A program made the position numbers and the translations under genes. DNA of 63,447 bases, the filler included, from Octopus bimaculoides (Eukaryota), in the NCBI RefSeq assembly GCF_001194135.2. It is 7 parts of 7 records of this genome, joined end to end, with 100 filler letters (N's around TTAATTAATTAA, not from the genome) between each part and the next. Parts side by side here need not be neighbours in the genome. Positions count along the whole stretch, not along the records: positions 22,949 to 39,012 come from NC_069002.1; positions 39,113 to 57,978 come from NC_068983.1; 5 more parts are not named here. One strand, 5' to 3'. This document shows positions 37,656 to 49,930 of the stretch, piece by piece. The notes under the pieces are model-generated. The model saw only the letters and a program-made list of their open reading frames with translations, was not told the origin of the DNA and did not search any database. Position 1 is the stretch's first letter. Each line of letters starts with the position of its first letter.

Positions 37656-38435
37656 TTTTGTAATAGTGATATTAGGAATGGAATTAGATGTGATAGGGGT
37701 GCTGGTAGTGGCAGTGATGTTAATGGTAGCGAATACGTAGTAAAAATAGCTGTAGTTGTGGTGTTAAGGGTGATGATGATGATGGTGGTAATGTTGCTGG
37801 AGGAGAGGGTGGCACAATCGGAGGTGGTGGTAGTGATATGTGATAACGAGTGGTGGTGGCACTAAGGGGTATTTAAATGGCGGTGATAAGTATATCACCT
37901 TATGTTCAAGTATATGACCAGCGATATACATCAACCATTTCACTAGTTGCCATCTCCGCTTTCCTTCTGTGTCACGTGACTAATCTCCTGTCAATTATGG
38001 AGTCTTTAGGGTTCTCTTTTATTGAGTAATTCTATAAGAAGGGCCATAAAGAATCCCTTAACAAGATATCCAATGATTTGTAAATCAATGAACGTCTGAA
38101 AATGAAATAAAAGTAAAGAATCGCCTTGACAAAAAGTTAAGAAAATAAAAGCAAATAATTATCTGTCATGGCGGACTTGTGAAGAGAACGAACTTCTTCA
38201 ATTATAAATGTTATCACCCGGCCTCTTCAATGCTGCATTCAGCCTCAGTTCCTTCAAACAAACAGTCTATAGAATATGATGATGGGGATCTCAGGTGGTT
38301 TCGACAAAGAGTATTCTGTCGTTCAATCATATCAACTGAGTGCTTGTTAAATTAACTTATGAATTAAGGTGGCCGAGTATTCCACAGATACACGCACATG
38401 CGCACACATACACACACACACACACATAAACACAT

Positions 38436-38988
38436 GGATGCAGGCGTGGTTGTATGAGTGAGTGTTGGCGTGGTTGTGTGGTCAAGAAGCTTGTTTCTTA
38501 GCCATGTAGTCTTCAGTTCTATCCCACTTCATAGCATATTGGCAAGGTGTCTTCCAGTATAGTCCCAGATCGACCAAAGCCTTGTTAGTGGATTTGGTTG
38601 ATGGAAACTTAAAGAAGCACGTCATGTATGCGTGCGTGTGTGTGTGTGTATGCGTGTTTTTGTGTATGCGTGTGTGTGTATATATGTATACACACACATA
38701 TATTTATACATACATATATACATATATATATATAAATATAAATATATATATGTATATATCTATGTGTATGTGTTTCATTGTGTCTATGTTTGTCCCCCCA
38801 CCAGCGCTTGACAACCGGTGTTGGTTTGCTTAAGTCCCCGTAACTAAGTGGTTCGGCAAAATGGCCCGATAGAATAAGTACTAGGCTAAAAAGAAAACTT
38901 CTGGGGTAGATTTGTTCGACTAAAGCCCTTCAAGGCGGTGCCCCAGCATGGTCGCAGTCGAATGACTGAAACAAGTAAAAGTTAAAAA
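38436..38988 (+). mobile_element. SINE family B, full length, with an internal (GT/AT)n expansion
   Basis: tRNA-like head, GGCAAGGTGTCTTC core, GGATTTGGTTGATGGAAAC, tail CCAGCATGGTCGCAGTCGAATGACTGAAACAAGTAAAAG. Confidence 0.85.
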
Positions 38989-39637
38989 ATAATATATATA
39001 TATATATATATANNNNNNNNNNNNNNNNNNNNNNNNNNNNNNNNNNNNNNNNNNNNTTAATTAATTAANNNNNNNNNNNNNNNNNNNNNNNNNNNNNNNN
39101 NNNNNNNNNNNNGTGTACATGCATATATACATGCATATGTATGTGCGTGTACACGTATATGTGAGTGTGCGGGTGTGGATACTTGCATGTTTGTACATAT
39201 ACAGGGAAGTAGGCATAGATACAGGCACATTTGTATAGGTGAGCGTGTTTGTACACATGTACACGTGGAGGTTTCTGTGTGGGTATGTACACATGGGTGT
39301 GCACATATGTATGTGTGTATGTGCGTACACGCACATGTTTGTCAATGGGTGTCTGCACGATAGCAGACACATATGTAAACACTCACTTTAATTATCTCCG
39401 CTCACCCACCCGAATAGCTCCTTGACCACAACCTTTAGCTTCACATCAATAACACCCTCACTTTGTATTTTGTATGTAAACTAGCGTTCTCATGCCTAAA
39501 GCCCGTGGAATGATATCAGTGACCCCGTCATAACTCTATGTAAACAAACCTTCTAACGGTCACTGTCCATGTAGCAACTCAGCTCGTAAGTTACCCCATC
39601 ATTTCGTTTTTGTCTTGCTACTAAATGTTTTATTATG

Positions 39638-39750
39638 TTCTCCCTGATGATAAACAAGTGATGATTCCAGCAACCCTTTCCTTATTTTGTGAAATGGCCC
39701 CTTTTTTATGAAATAGCCCTCACTTGCTTCGAAACATATATGTATGAATT
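39638..39750 (+). ncRNA. Type I hammerhead ribozyme (Penelope-type), core intact
   Basis: CTGATGA (39644-39650), T.C mismatch, stem II AAACAAGTGA/TCACTTGCTT (9 of 10 pairs), GAAAC (39731-39735), palindromic stem III ACATATATGT, GUA triplet ending at 39744; stem I poorly paired. Confidence 0.65.
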
Positions 39751-41509
39751 AAAGGAATTTTCATCGACATGCGTTTTGCTCCATTTGTTGTTATTATCCA
39801 TATATTCTCAAAATGTATCACGTTAACTCGGTATATCAACCTGTNNNNNNNNNNNNNNNNNNNNNNNNNNNNNNNNNNNNNNNNNNNNNNNNNNNNNNNN
39901 NNNNNNNNNNNNNNNNNNNNNNNNNNNNNNNNNNNNNNNNNNNNNNNNNNNNNNNNNNNNNNNNNNNNNNNNNNNNNNNNNNNNNNNNNNNNNNNNNNNN
40001 NNNNNNNNNNNNNNNNNNNNNNNNNNNNNNNNNNNNNNNNNNNNNNNNNNNNNNNNNNNNNNNNNNNNNNNNNNNNNNNNNNNNNNNNNNNNNNNNNNNN
40101 NNNNNNNNNNNNNNNNNNNNNNNNNNNNNNNNNNNNNNNNNNNNNNNNNNNNNNNNNNNNNNNNNNNNNNNNNNNNNNNNNNNNNNNNNNNNNNNNNNNN
40201 NNNNNNNNNNNNNNNNNNNNNNNNNNNNNNNNNNNNNNNNNNNNNNNNNNNNNNNNNNNNNNNNNNNNNNNNNNNNNNNNNNNNTATATATAATGGACAT
40301 TCCGGTCGATTTCGACTTATGAGACTCTGACAACGTACTCTTTCTTTGTCAGTCATAATGCTTATGTCGAATGTGGCAATTTAAGTCCCGCCAATGATTC
40401 ACAAAGAAGGCCACATATTTTACAAGTATGAGGATTACAGGTCAGTGCAAGTGCTATATTTGCAGCCGATTTTCTCCTTTGCCTTGCACCCCGAAGCCTA
40501 TATTAGCTAAAATAGATAGAGAGAAAGAGAGAGGGAGATAGACAGATAGAGATAGAGAGTGATAGAGAAAGAGAGATAGAGAGAGACAGACAGACAGAAA
40601 GAGAGAAATAGACTGGAATAGGAAGGAAAGTAAAAGGAAACCTTTTTCGGAGCCTGAGTTGGATAAAAGTGGTGGAATAATCACACCTAATTATTGCAGC
40701 CATAAAAAACTGTTTAGCTTACTGGTTGAGGATTGTTGGTCGCTACAAGAGATTAGGTAAAATACATCTCGAAGTTATATATAATTGCTCTCTGGTGTCA
40801 ATAATATCGACCTACTTGCTACAACTTCCGTGTGCCCTAAATATAAGCTTAAACAATCTTAAGTGTGGACCTAAATTGAACACATAATCGAAACGTTTAC
40901 CGTAATGAAGCAATGTCATGTATAATTATAACATTATTCATCAGAAGAGAAGTAACAAGATTTATAAAACATGGAATGGCCAAGTTCCCAATAGTACATT
41001 ACGGTTTTACCGCAGATCTTTTCCTGTGTAATTTCAACTTCTGTAACCCAATGCAGTATAAGTGGTATATGAATAAATCAAAGAAATGTATTAAGTTTTC
41101 TCGATAGCCCAAGTCGAATTCAATTATAGTTATGTATATAAATATGTATCAAAGAATACAAAAGAAAAAGATGATATTCCTATCTGCAATATGTCAATTT
41201 GTTGACTTGTTATCTTCCCGTGAATAAAATCTACTAACGCAATTTAGAAAGATTTGTAACTCTAAATGTAAACATTCAAATTATAGAACCAATCAAAGTA
41301 TTTTAAATCTCCTCTTACATTGAAGTAAGAAAACGTTATTCATTAATTTGTTTTTAAAGAGGAGGGCTTGCAGGGAAGAGCAATGAGATGTAACGGAAGG
41401 GTATTCCTAGCGATTATCATTTGAGAAAAATGAGAAACTAAATAATGAAATGCACTCAGTTGAGTATTTTGCAGTTATTGTGAAAGCAATCATTCAAGAG
41501 TTGGCATTA

Positions 41510-41640
41510 GGGTGGCAGATAATCAGAATCGTTAGAACGCCTAGAAAATCACTTCTAGTATTTATTCCATTACTTTAGTTTCTGAGTTCAAATCACGCCG
41601 GCGTTAACTTTACCGTTCATCCTTTCCAGTTAGATAAATA
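41510..41640 (+). mobile_element. Old SINE family A copy
   Basis: CAGAATCGTTAGAACGCC..TCTGAGTTCAAATCACGCCG..AACTTTACC.TTCATCCTTTC. Confidence 0.6.
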
Positions 41641-42527
41641 CTTTGGTGGATTGTAACGAGTAACAAAACTACTGGCTTCTTGCCTAAATCAGAACTAAAA
41701 ATATTATTAGTAGTAAGAATAATACTTGCCTTTTTTCATGGGAAAATAATATGATATATTTCATAGGAAAAGAAATTCTATTGTCTCTAAGTTGCTTTCA
41801 ATGCAAATAGGTAAAAGTAAAATGTCTACAGATAGCGATCAAGATTTAGTATTTACCTTCCGTAACGATCGTGATAAGTTTCGTTTAGCAGCGAATATCT
41901 ATTGAAAATAGGAAAATTTAAATCCCACATTTACTCTCTCACTCTCAGATATAAATACATATATGCTTACGCATATACTTTCACATATGCAACAACAATG
42001 GCGAACACAAAATTTTATTTTACTCGATTCCCATTACTTCCATATTGAGGGTGGAAGTGTGTCTTTTTATTCGGCATTGTAGTCAGTGTAATTATAATTG
42101 ATAGCCTAGGGCTGGTGTTATTCAGCGTTGAAGAATAATGCCTGTGTATAACAAAGCATCTAAAAGGCAAAATAAGAAAACGAAATATAGCAGACAGACA
42201 AGCACACGAAAAAGGAAAAAATAATTGATAAAAGGTAAAAAGAGAAATTTAGAAATATAAACAGATATATGGCAAAGTGAAAGGTAAATTGATCACATTT
42301 ACATGCATATGTGTGTATATGTGTGTGTGAGTACGTTTATCTGTGCGTGTTTGCATACTTGTGTGATTGCGTGTACGTATGGGAATGCGGGTATGTTACG
42401 TCTGAGAGAGACTGCGAAGAGAAATAGGAAAATAGATTCATAGAAATGGATTTAGATAGAATAGTGAAAGTAGACAAATAACTAAGTAGTTGGGAAAATG
42501 ATATATACATATATACATTCTTTCATA

Positions 42528-42586
<59 letters not shown>

Positions 42587-42678
42587 GTATATATATGCAT
42601 AGATAGATAAATATAGATATATATGTATATATATCTATCTACCTATATCTATATCTATAGATATAAATATTATGTATG

Positions 42679-42741
<63 letters not shown>

Positions 42742-43337
42742 TCATTGAAATTGGCGCATGTATACAGGCAGACAGTTAGCGATACAAATACATAGATTGC
42801 CAGATTAATAGATTAGTCGATAAACCTGAAGTAACAGTAAGATCATGTTTAACGAAAACAGTGAAAAATCGAAGAGGAGCGGAGAGAGGGAGAGATGATT
42901 ACAGCAAAATATACGAAACAGAGGAAAGCGAGAGAAAGAATGTAGAAAAAGCTGAGACACTCTGTGTACGTAATAGAAAGATAGGAAAATTGAACGAGAA
43001 AAAAAAAAAGAGATTTGTTAGAAAAAAATGTGCATCAGTATGACTAAGTACCGACTGATGAACCTCCATTTCACAAAGCTATGCGATACCAACAACATCT
43101 ATCTCTAGTTGGAATGTAAAGTTCAATAAAACTCTACATAAGATGTGCTCGAGTGTGTTTCTTAGCCGCCATTTTGCGGTTACCATGTCTTTGATGAAAT
43201 TCCATTGCAATTAGAATTGACCAGGTCATACACAGAAAGGGCTATTCAGTGCAAGTAGCATTTACATCTACAACGATTCTTTGTAAATGTATTTTCTGTG
43301 ATTATTTGTGTGTCTGCCTGTCAGAAATACGCATATA

Positions 43338-43371
<34 letters not shown>

Positions 43372-43411
43372 CTTATATATATCTATATATAGACCTATAT
43401 ACCTATATATA

Positions 43412-43502
<91 letters not shown>

Positions 43503-43513
43503 GTGTGTATGTG

Positions 43514-43544
<31 letters not shown>

Positions 43545-43579
43545 ATGTGTGTGTGTTGTATGCACATATGTATATATAC

Positions 43580-43633
<54 letters not shown>

Positions 43634-44041
43634 TTACTTAGCTGTCTGTCGTTCTGTCTACCTCTCTCATTATGCATTTTTGTGTGTGTGAGTGTGTATT
43701 TATGTATGAGTGTGTGTGTGTGTGATCGTGTATGCGTGTGTATGGTTGCATTGATGCTTGTATACATATACGCATATATTAATGTTTTATGTATGGATCT
43801 ATATGACTACATACAAGCATTTTCAAATATATGTATACGACCTAAACGTAAGGGCATATATATTTGTATATACATAATGCGCGGAACACCTTGTTTTTAG
43901 TAACAAATACGGATCGTATCGGACTTAAAGGATAGTATACATACATGCATACATACATATGTATATACCCAAACACATACACACACACATGTACGTTATA
44001 TTCATATTTGTTTATAGAGAGAGGAAGGAAGAGAAAGAGAG

Positions 44042-44074
<33 letters not shown>

Positions 44075-44208
44075 CCATAAATGAATATACACTTACGCGT
44101 ATACACATACATATACACAAGCACCCATATATACATGCGTAGACACACATATATATGTGAAAATGAGCTACATATATTATATACCTAAATGCATACGCAC
44201 ACACACAC

Positions 44209-44282
<74 letters not shown>

Positions 44283-44739
44283 GGTTGAAATTGTTTCCTA
44301 CAACATGAAAATAAAGAACTTTGCCTGCCTGAAGAACATGGAATGTGTAATATAACTAATGTTCAATATAGTTTTATTGACAGTGACTTCAATGTTTTAA
44401 GGGTCGTGGCTTGCTGAAAATGTAAGTTGATAGCAAGCAATGGATGTTAAGTATCCACCCCATCAATAAAGCTTAAGTAGAAAATGGTTAATATAGATTC
44501 CTCTATTAATGATATATGATCATAAAGTAAATACTGGTCAATGTCGTTTACTATTAGCAACATATCCTTTGATGAGACCATCTCCACCCAGATAACTCAG
44601 TTCCTCCTATTCTTTATAGAATAATTGCGTTCTAGAGATAAGTTGCTTGATTTCATTTGTTGGACACACACACACACTAACACACACACACACACACACA
44701 CACACGTACGCACAGATATCCGGGTTACGCATCACATTT

Positions 44740-44920
44740 ACGTTTATACCAGAAATAATTGGAGCATTTGGTTTTGTGAGTATGCGCCTAACCGACAGTC
44801 TAAATAAGCTTAGATCTTCAGAAACAAGAAATCAACCAACTGATTTACACATTACAAATACAATCTGTTAGCCGAACAGTAAAAATCTGCAAGACTGTTC
44901 TCAGGTTTCAAATGTGACAT
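44740..44920 (+). mobile_element. R4/Dong-like RLE C-terminus remnant
   Basis: FTFIPEIIGAFGFVSMRLTDSLNKL-(frameshift)-LIYTLQIQSVSRTVKICKTVLRFQM*. Confidence 0.7.
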
Positions 44921-45204
44921 TGTTTCGTTACCTACATGCCAAAAATGGAGCTTTGTATCTTTGTTAGAACCCGGCTCCTTCTCCAGTGGTAGAATTTAAA
45001 TAATTAAAAACAGAAGAGACATACCTACACATGTACATACATACGTACGTGCATGCATACATGCATATCTAGATATATAACTATATGCATAAGAATAGTT
45101 ACATAAACATACATACATACATGCATGCATGCATGCATACATAAATACATACATACATACATGCACACATTAAAATACATATATACATATATACAAGCAT
45201 ACCC

Positions 45205-45490
45205 TGTTGTTGATGTTGAAATTCCAAAACTGTGCACAGTTGTGGAAATTAGCTGCCCAGAAAAAGAGAACATCTATGCCGAACTATTGAGAAATCTGCA
45301 GTTACTCTTTCCCGATTAGAAGTTCAAGTTTTATACCTGTAATTATTGGGGACCTGTAATTATTGGGGACTACACTGCCTCAACACCAATCTTGAGAAAT
45401 TAGGCTTCTGAAAACCAGAAAGGAAAAAGCAACTTCGAAGTCTACTGATCCAATCCATCACTAGAACTGTAAAAATCGGTAAAACCATAT
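45205..45490 (+). mobile_element. R4/Dong-like RLE remnant (same region as 44740-44920)
   Basis: VVDVEIPKLCTVVEISCP..ENIYAELLRNLQLLFPD*KFKF.PVIIG..NLEKLGF..LIQSITRTVKI; 17-bp tandem duplication at 45336-45369. Confidence 0.7.
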
Positions 45491-45559
45491 ATATATGGGG
45501 ATGTCTAGATATGCAACAATATGCATGAGAATACATACATAAAACATACAAATCTGCAC

Positions 45560-45611
45560 AGAACCATGTGGTTGGTAAGCAAGCTTCTTCCCTCACAGCC
45601 ATTCCTGCGCC
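45560..45611 (-). mobile_element. SINE family B tRNA-like head only
   Basis: GAACCATGTGGTTGGTAAGCAAGCTTCTT..CACAGCCATTCCTGCGCC. Confidence 0.75.
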
Positions 45612-45999
45612 TATCTATATCTATATATCTNNNNNNNNNNNNNNNNNNNNNNNNNNNNNNNNNNNNNNNNNNNNNNNNNNNNNNNNNNNNNNNNNNNNNN
45701 NNNNNNNNNNNNNNNNNNNNNNNNNNNNNNNNNNNNNNNNNNNNNNNNNNNNNNNNNNNNNNNNNNNNNNNNNNNNNNNNNNNNNNNNNNNNNNNNNNNN
45801 NNNNNNNNNNNNNNNNNNNNNNNNNNNNNNNNNNNNNNNNNNNNNTATATATGTAATATATATGTGTGTATGTATGTAACTATCTATCTATATATATTTA
45901 TATACATACTTACAGACGTGTGTGTGTATGCATAAATAAACATGGCTCCTGCTTGTTAAAACGTGTGAAGTTAAGCCTCTGAGAAACCTTGAAAGACTC

Positions 46000-46450
46000 C
46001 AATTAGAGCTAATTGAACTGATATCAAAGTGCTTTCTGGTTTAAATATATTACTACCAATATGCCATAATACCATAATTAAAAAAATATTTTAATTCGTT
46101 CAACCGTTACCCATCTGAAAGTAATGTTTTCGACGTTGGAAAATCTAGGTCGGCTCACTACGCACTTGAATAAATACCACTTAATATCTACGTTAATTGT
46201 ATTTTTCTCTGAGAAATTACGATCGTAAGAATCGAAGTATATGAACCAATGTAATTTTGTAGATTACTCGAATACCAAATACAAGAATTTCTGGAATTTG
46301 ATGTTTGCTTACATTTTTATATAACAAATAACATGGGTTAAATAATTTAAGCTGCCTAAGCACACATCCAAGGGTTGTTAATATTACTATGTTTATTATT
46401 CTCTCGTTTTTCTGCCTTCTTGGAAACAGACTGAGGAATTTTATTTTCAT
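46000..46450 (-). mobile_element. Decayed Penelope-like GIY-YIG region
   Basis: ORF 46217-46456: NIVILTTLGC..KHQIPEI resembles NVIYxxxCxGC..HxQQIxxPE of PLE endonucleases. Confidence 0.35.
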
Positions 46451-46689
46451 TATCACATATCCAAGGTGGGATTGAATTTTTATCGCTGTCTCTATATCAT
46501 TATTTTATATTGATATATTTCTTTACTCTTCTCAGTATTGTTTATCTCCTCATCTCCCTCACTTTTTTATACGCCTTCATTTATATCTACATTGACCTCT
46601 CCTCATTGATATGGAACCCTCTATCTCTGCATTTCCACTTATGTCGATTTACTTCTCTGTTTGTCTCATCTCCACATTTTAGTCCTGCT

Positions 46690-47250
46690 GTCATACTCAA
46701 CTCAGTTTGTAGCACTCAGGTAGTACACATTAAACAGACCAAAACGGTAATAATGTGTTACATATACCCACCAGATGTTTCAAATCATGGGGACTCATTC
46801 GAAGAGAGCCCCCAAAAGATGAAGGAAGTATTAACCAGCCTAGATGACAGCCTTCACTCGCTTCCTTTAGGAGACTTCAACCTCCCTAATGTCGAAGGGC
46901 CTCTCAGATATGTCACTATATAAACAGAGGTGAGCAGTGTATTGCTCCACCTGAAAAACACGGTTTTTATTGAACAAATAGTGCTACATCCATCAAGAGT
47001 AAAACTTTTCTGGGCCTCTGCTTCACAAATAACACTGCAATCATCAATAATGGAGATATCGACGATGTTATGGGACCATAACTTAATAGTCCTAACAATA
47101 TATGGTCCACAGAAGACTGCAGATATACAAATTACAAGACGCACCCAACTCCTTTCGGTGTGATCTTTCTTAAAAAGAAAAACAATAGCAAAGAATGGCC
47201 ATTGAAAAGTTATGACACTAGAATCAACATTTGGGCTGAAATGCATAAAA
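46690..47250 (+). mobile_element. CR1-type apurinic endonuclease remnant
   Basis: YIYPPD (IYRPP), LGDFNLPNV, FIEQIVLHPSR and LWDHNLIVLT (SDH motif) in ORFs 46510-46923 and 46930-47163. Confidence 0.75.
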
Positions 47251-47373
47251 GAATGAAAAGAAATATGTGTATGTACATATACGTACATATTTCTCTCTTT
47301 CTATCTATATCTATGTATATATTTACAGATTCAAGCACGAGCGCGTGCACACACAAACACACATACACACACA

Positions 47374-47412
<39 letters not shown>

Positions 47413-47439
47413 ACACACACACACACGTAAGTGAGGCTC

Positions 47440-47583
47440 CATCGCTGTTTCAGTCTCAAGAATTCATTTAGGAGTCAATGGTCAAACCGTGTCTATAATA
47501 GAACACTCTTTCCCAGCATGCCGCGCAATAGGACTGAACCCAAAACCGCGTAGTTGCAAAACGAGCTTCTTAACCACACGGCT
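47440..47583 (-). mobile_element. SINE family B-like 5' part
   Basis: CTATAATAGAACACT..CCCAGCATGCCGCGCAATAGGACTGAACCCAAAACC..GCTTCTTAACCACAC. Confidence 0.6.
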
Positions 47584-47598
47584 TTCCTTTTCTTATAT

Positions 47599-47632
<34 letters not shown>

Positions 47633-47644
47633 GCACATCTTTCA

Positions 47645-47758
47645 ATCTCACTCTCTCTCTAACTCTCTCATTCTCTCTCTAACTCTCTCACTCTCTCTCT
47701 AACTCTCTCACTCTCTCTCTAACTCTCTCACTCTCTCTCTAACTCTCTCACTCTCTCT
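47645..47758. repeat. 20-bp minisatellite (CTCTCACTCTCTCTCTAACT) x~5.5
   Basis: Read directly from sequence. Confidence 0.9.
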
Positions 47759-48227
47759 ACAGACACAGACACACACACATACATACATACACACATACAT
47801 AATAAATACATACATACATACATACATACATACATACATACATACATACTGCCAATATGCTACAGAAAGCTAGAGCGGTGCATATTGAATCCTAAAGAGC
47901 AAAATATTGAAATATCAGATTATAAAAATTAAATTACTGCAAAAATCTCGACCAAAATAAGCCTATTAAGCGAGAAGTAAGAGACATCTATTTCCGTTAA
48001 CTTGACAGACCACGCCATGCTTATCTCACGTACGAATTACTTGCATTTTTTCTTAACGTATTGAATAGGATATTTCAGTTGAACTATCAGTGTTAATTAA
48101 ATATTTCTAAGATAACGTTCAATATTTTTGTTATTGGTATTGGTGATTATAATGTTGGATCAACACGGCTACATTCTTCTAAAAAACCACAGATATCCAA
48201 CTTATTCCATCACCACACTAGAGTAAC

Positions 48228-48317
<90 letters not shown>

Positions 48318-48599
48318 GTACGAATATATAAGGTGGCTCTTGCAGAGCTTGGCATCTTGTACCCATCAGTGCTGTTTTCTAGCTTGATATCTTAAATGAC
48401 ATACGAGGAGCTGATCGCAAATACTGCAGTAATGTCTCCTTTCAGTTATGGCTCAATATTTCGCTTGATTTTTATGATTGTTCTACTGCTGCTTCAATCC
48501 TACACGTGACTTGCGGGTTATATATGTGTGTAAACTGGAAATTAAATCCTATGTTACTATCGTGAGTCAACACCCTAACCAATTGGCCACGTGCTTTTT

Positions 48600-48990
48600 T
48601 GTTTCATCTCAATACAAAATTAGTGAGTTACATACACATCATTGCAAGACATCCTAAACTCCTTATGAAAATAGAATTTATATCAATGTCTACTTTTATG
48701 GTAGTTAATGGCTATGGCTTCTACCATATTGTCGGTTCTTATTTCTTTGTCTTTGGGATTATCCTTCCGACGGATTACATTATAGAGTGTCCTACCTACA
48801 ACATCATGTCTAATCGGTGACAGTTTTGGACAACTGCTTATAATGTAGGTGATATTTTCAGTGTGAATTCCACAAAGTCTGCATCGGTTGTCACATATTA
48901 CGGTTTTTCCTGCATCTCTATCCCCTTTGTGCATCAGATACTTGGTTGATATTTCCTGTTCCTAGATAGCAAACGCATACCCTTCAAAGT
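48600..48990 (-). mobile_element. R4/Dong-like CCHC zinc-knuckle remnant
   Basis: ORF 48683-48934: CRLCGIHTENITYIISSCPKLSPIRHDVVGRTLY (CRxC..ExxxHIxSxC..RHD). Confidence 0.8.
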
Positions 48991-49410
48991 GGGTGGTAGT
49001 AATCCGACTAATAGTCCGTGATAAACTGATTTGATGATCGTGTATGTATGTATGTATGTATGTATGTATATCATTTGGAATACGTAAGTGGCCCAGTTTA
49101 CCTTTCAAGTTTAAAATTTTTGAATATGTATTTAGAGTGTTTAATGCCAGTTTGTGGTGAAAATATTGGCACGTAATTCATTTATACCTACGATTTACAA
49201 TTTGAAATTTCGTTTAAATTCCTTGAGGACTAATCTAAGATTCAACAGTAAAAGCATGTGAACATTGAAGCATATTGAAGTCAGTCAACTATACATAATA
49301 TTAACATGTGTAAATGTGTGAACAATGGATCTGAATGCGATTAAAATATCAGCTAATCAGTGAAATCAGAGCAATGAGTTCATTCAATTTCAGCAGTGAA
49401 ACTGAATGAT

Positions 49411-49475
49411 CTCATGTAATTGATTGCAACCTCATGTAATTGATTGCAACCTCATGTAATTGATTGCAACCTCAT
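49411..49475. repeat. Perfect 20-bp tandem repeat x3.25 (CTCATGTAATTGATTGCAAC)
   Basis: Read directly from sequence. Confidence 0.95.
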
Positions 49476-49930
49476 TGGAAAGGGTAAGGAAGAAGAACCA
49501 AAAGCAAGGAACAGAAAAATACAACTGCCGTATATTGATATTGAATAACTTATAATTTGGTATTGCTTTAGATTCCGTACGACTGAATGCTTAAGCATTT
49601 AAGTTTACAATCACGAAACCTAGTTTCCTTTCCATTGTGTTGTGACTTGGACAAACGTAATTTTCTATAGTCTCGGGTCGACTCATAATTTGCTAGTTAA
49701 ACTGGGTAAACAGTATAAAATCACGTTGAGTGAACTACCTGTATAATTCACAAAGTTATAGCCTTGTATACGTTCTATCAAGGTTGATCCTAACTGTATA
49801 TAAATTTAAGTGTATATGTGGAATACTCATCCTACTGCCGGTTAATTTAGTAGCAGGATATTCAGTTGATCGAACCACAAAATCTTCACCCAAAACGATG
49901 GAGTCTTTCACCTCGACTTTATCTGTTCTA

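Noticed and set aside
49411-49475. Perfect 20-bp tandem repeat considered as CRISPR-like or an operator array
   Set aside because: There are no spacers and the context is eukaryotic; simple slippage duplication explains it.
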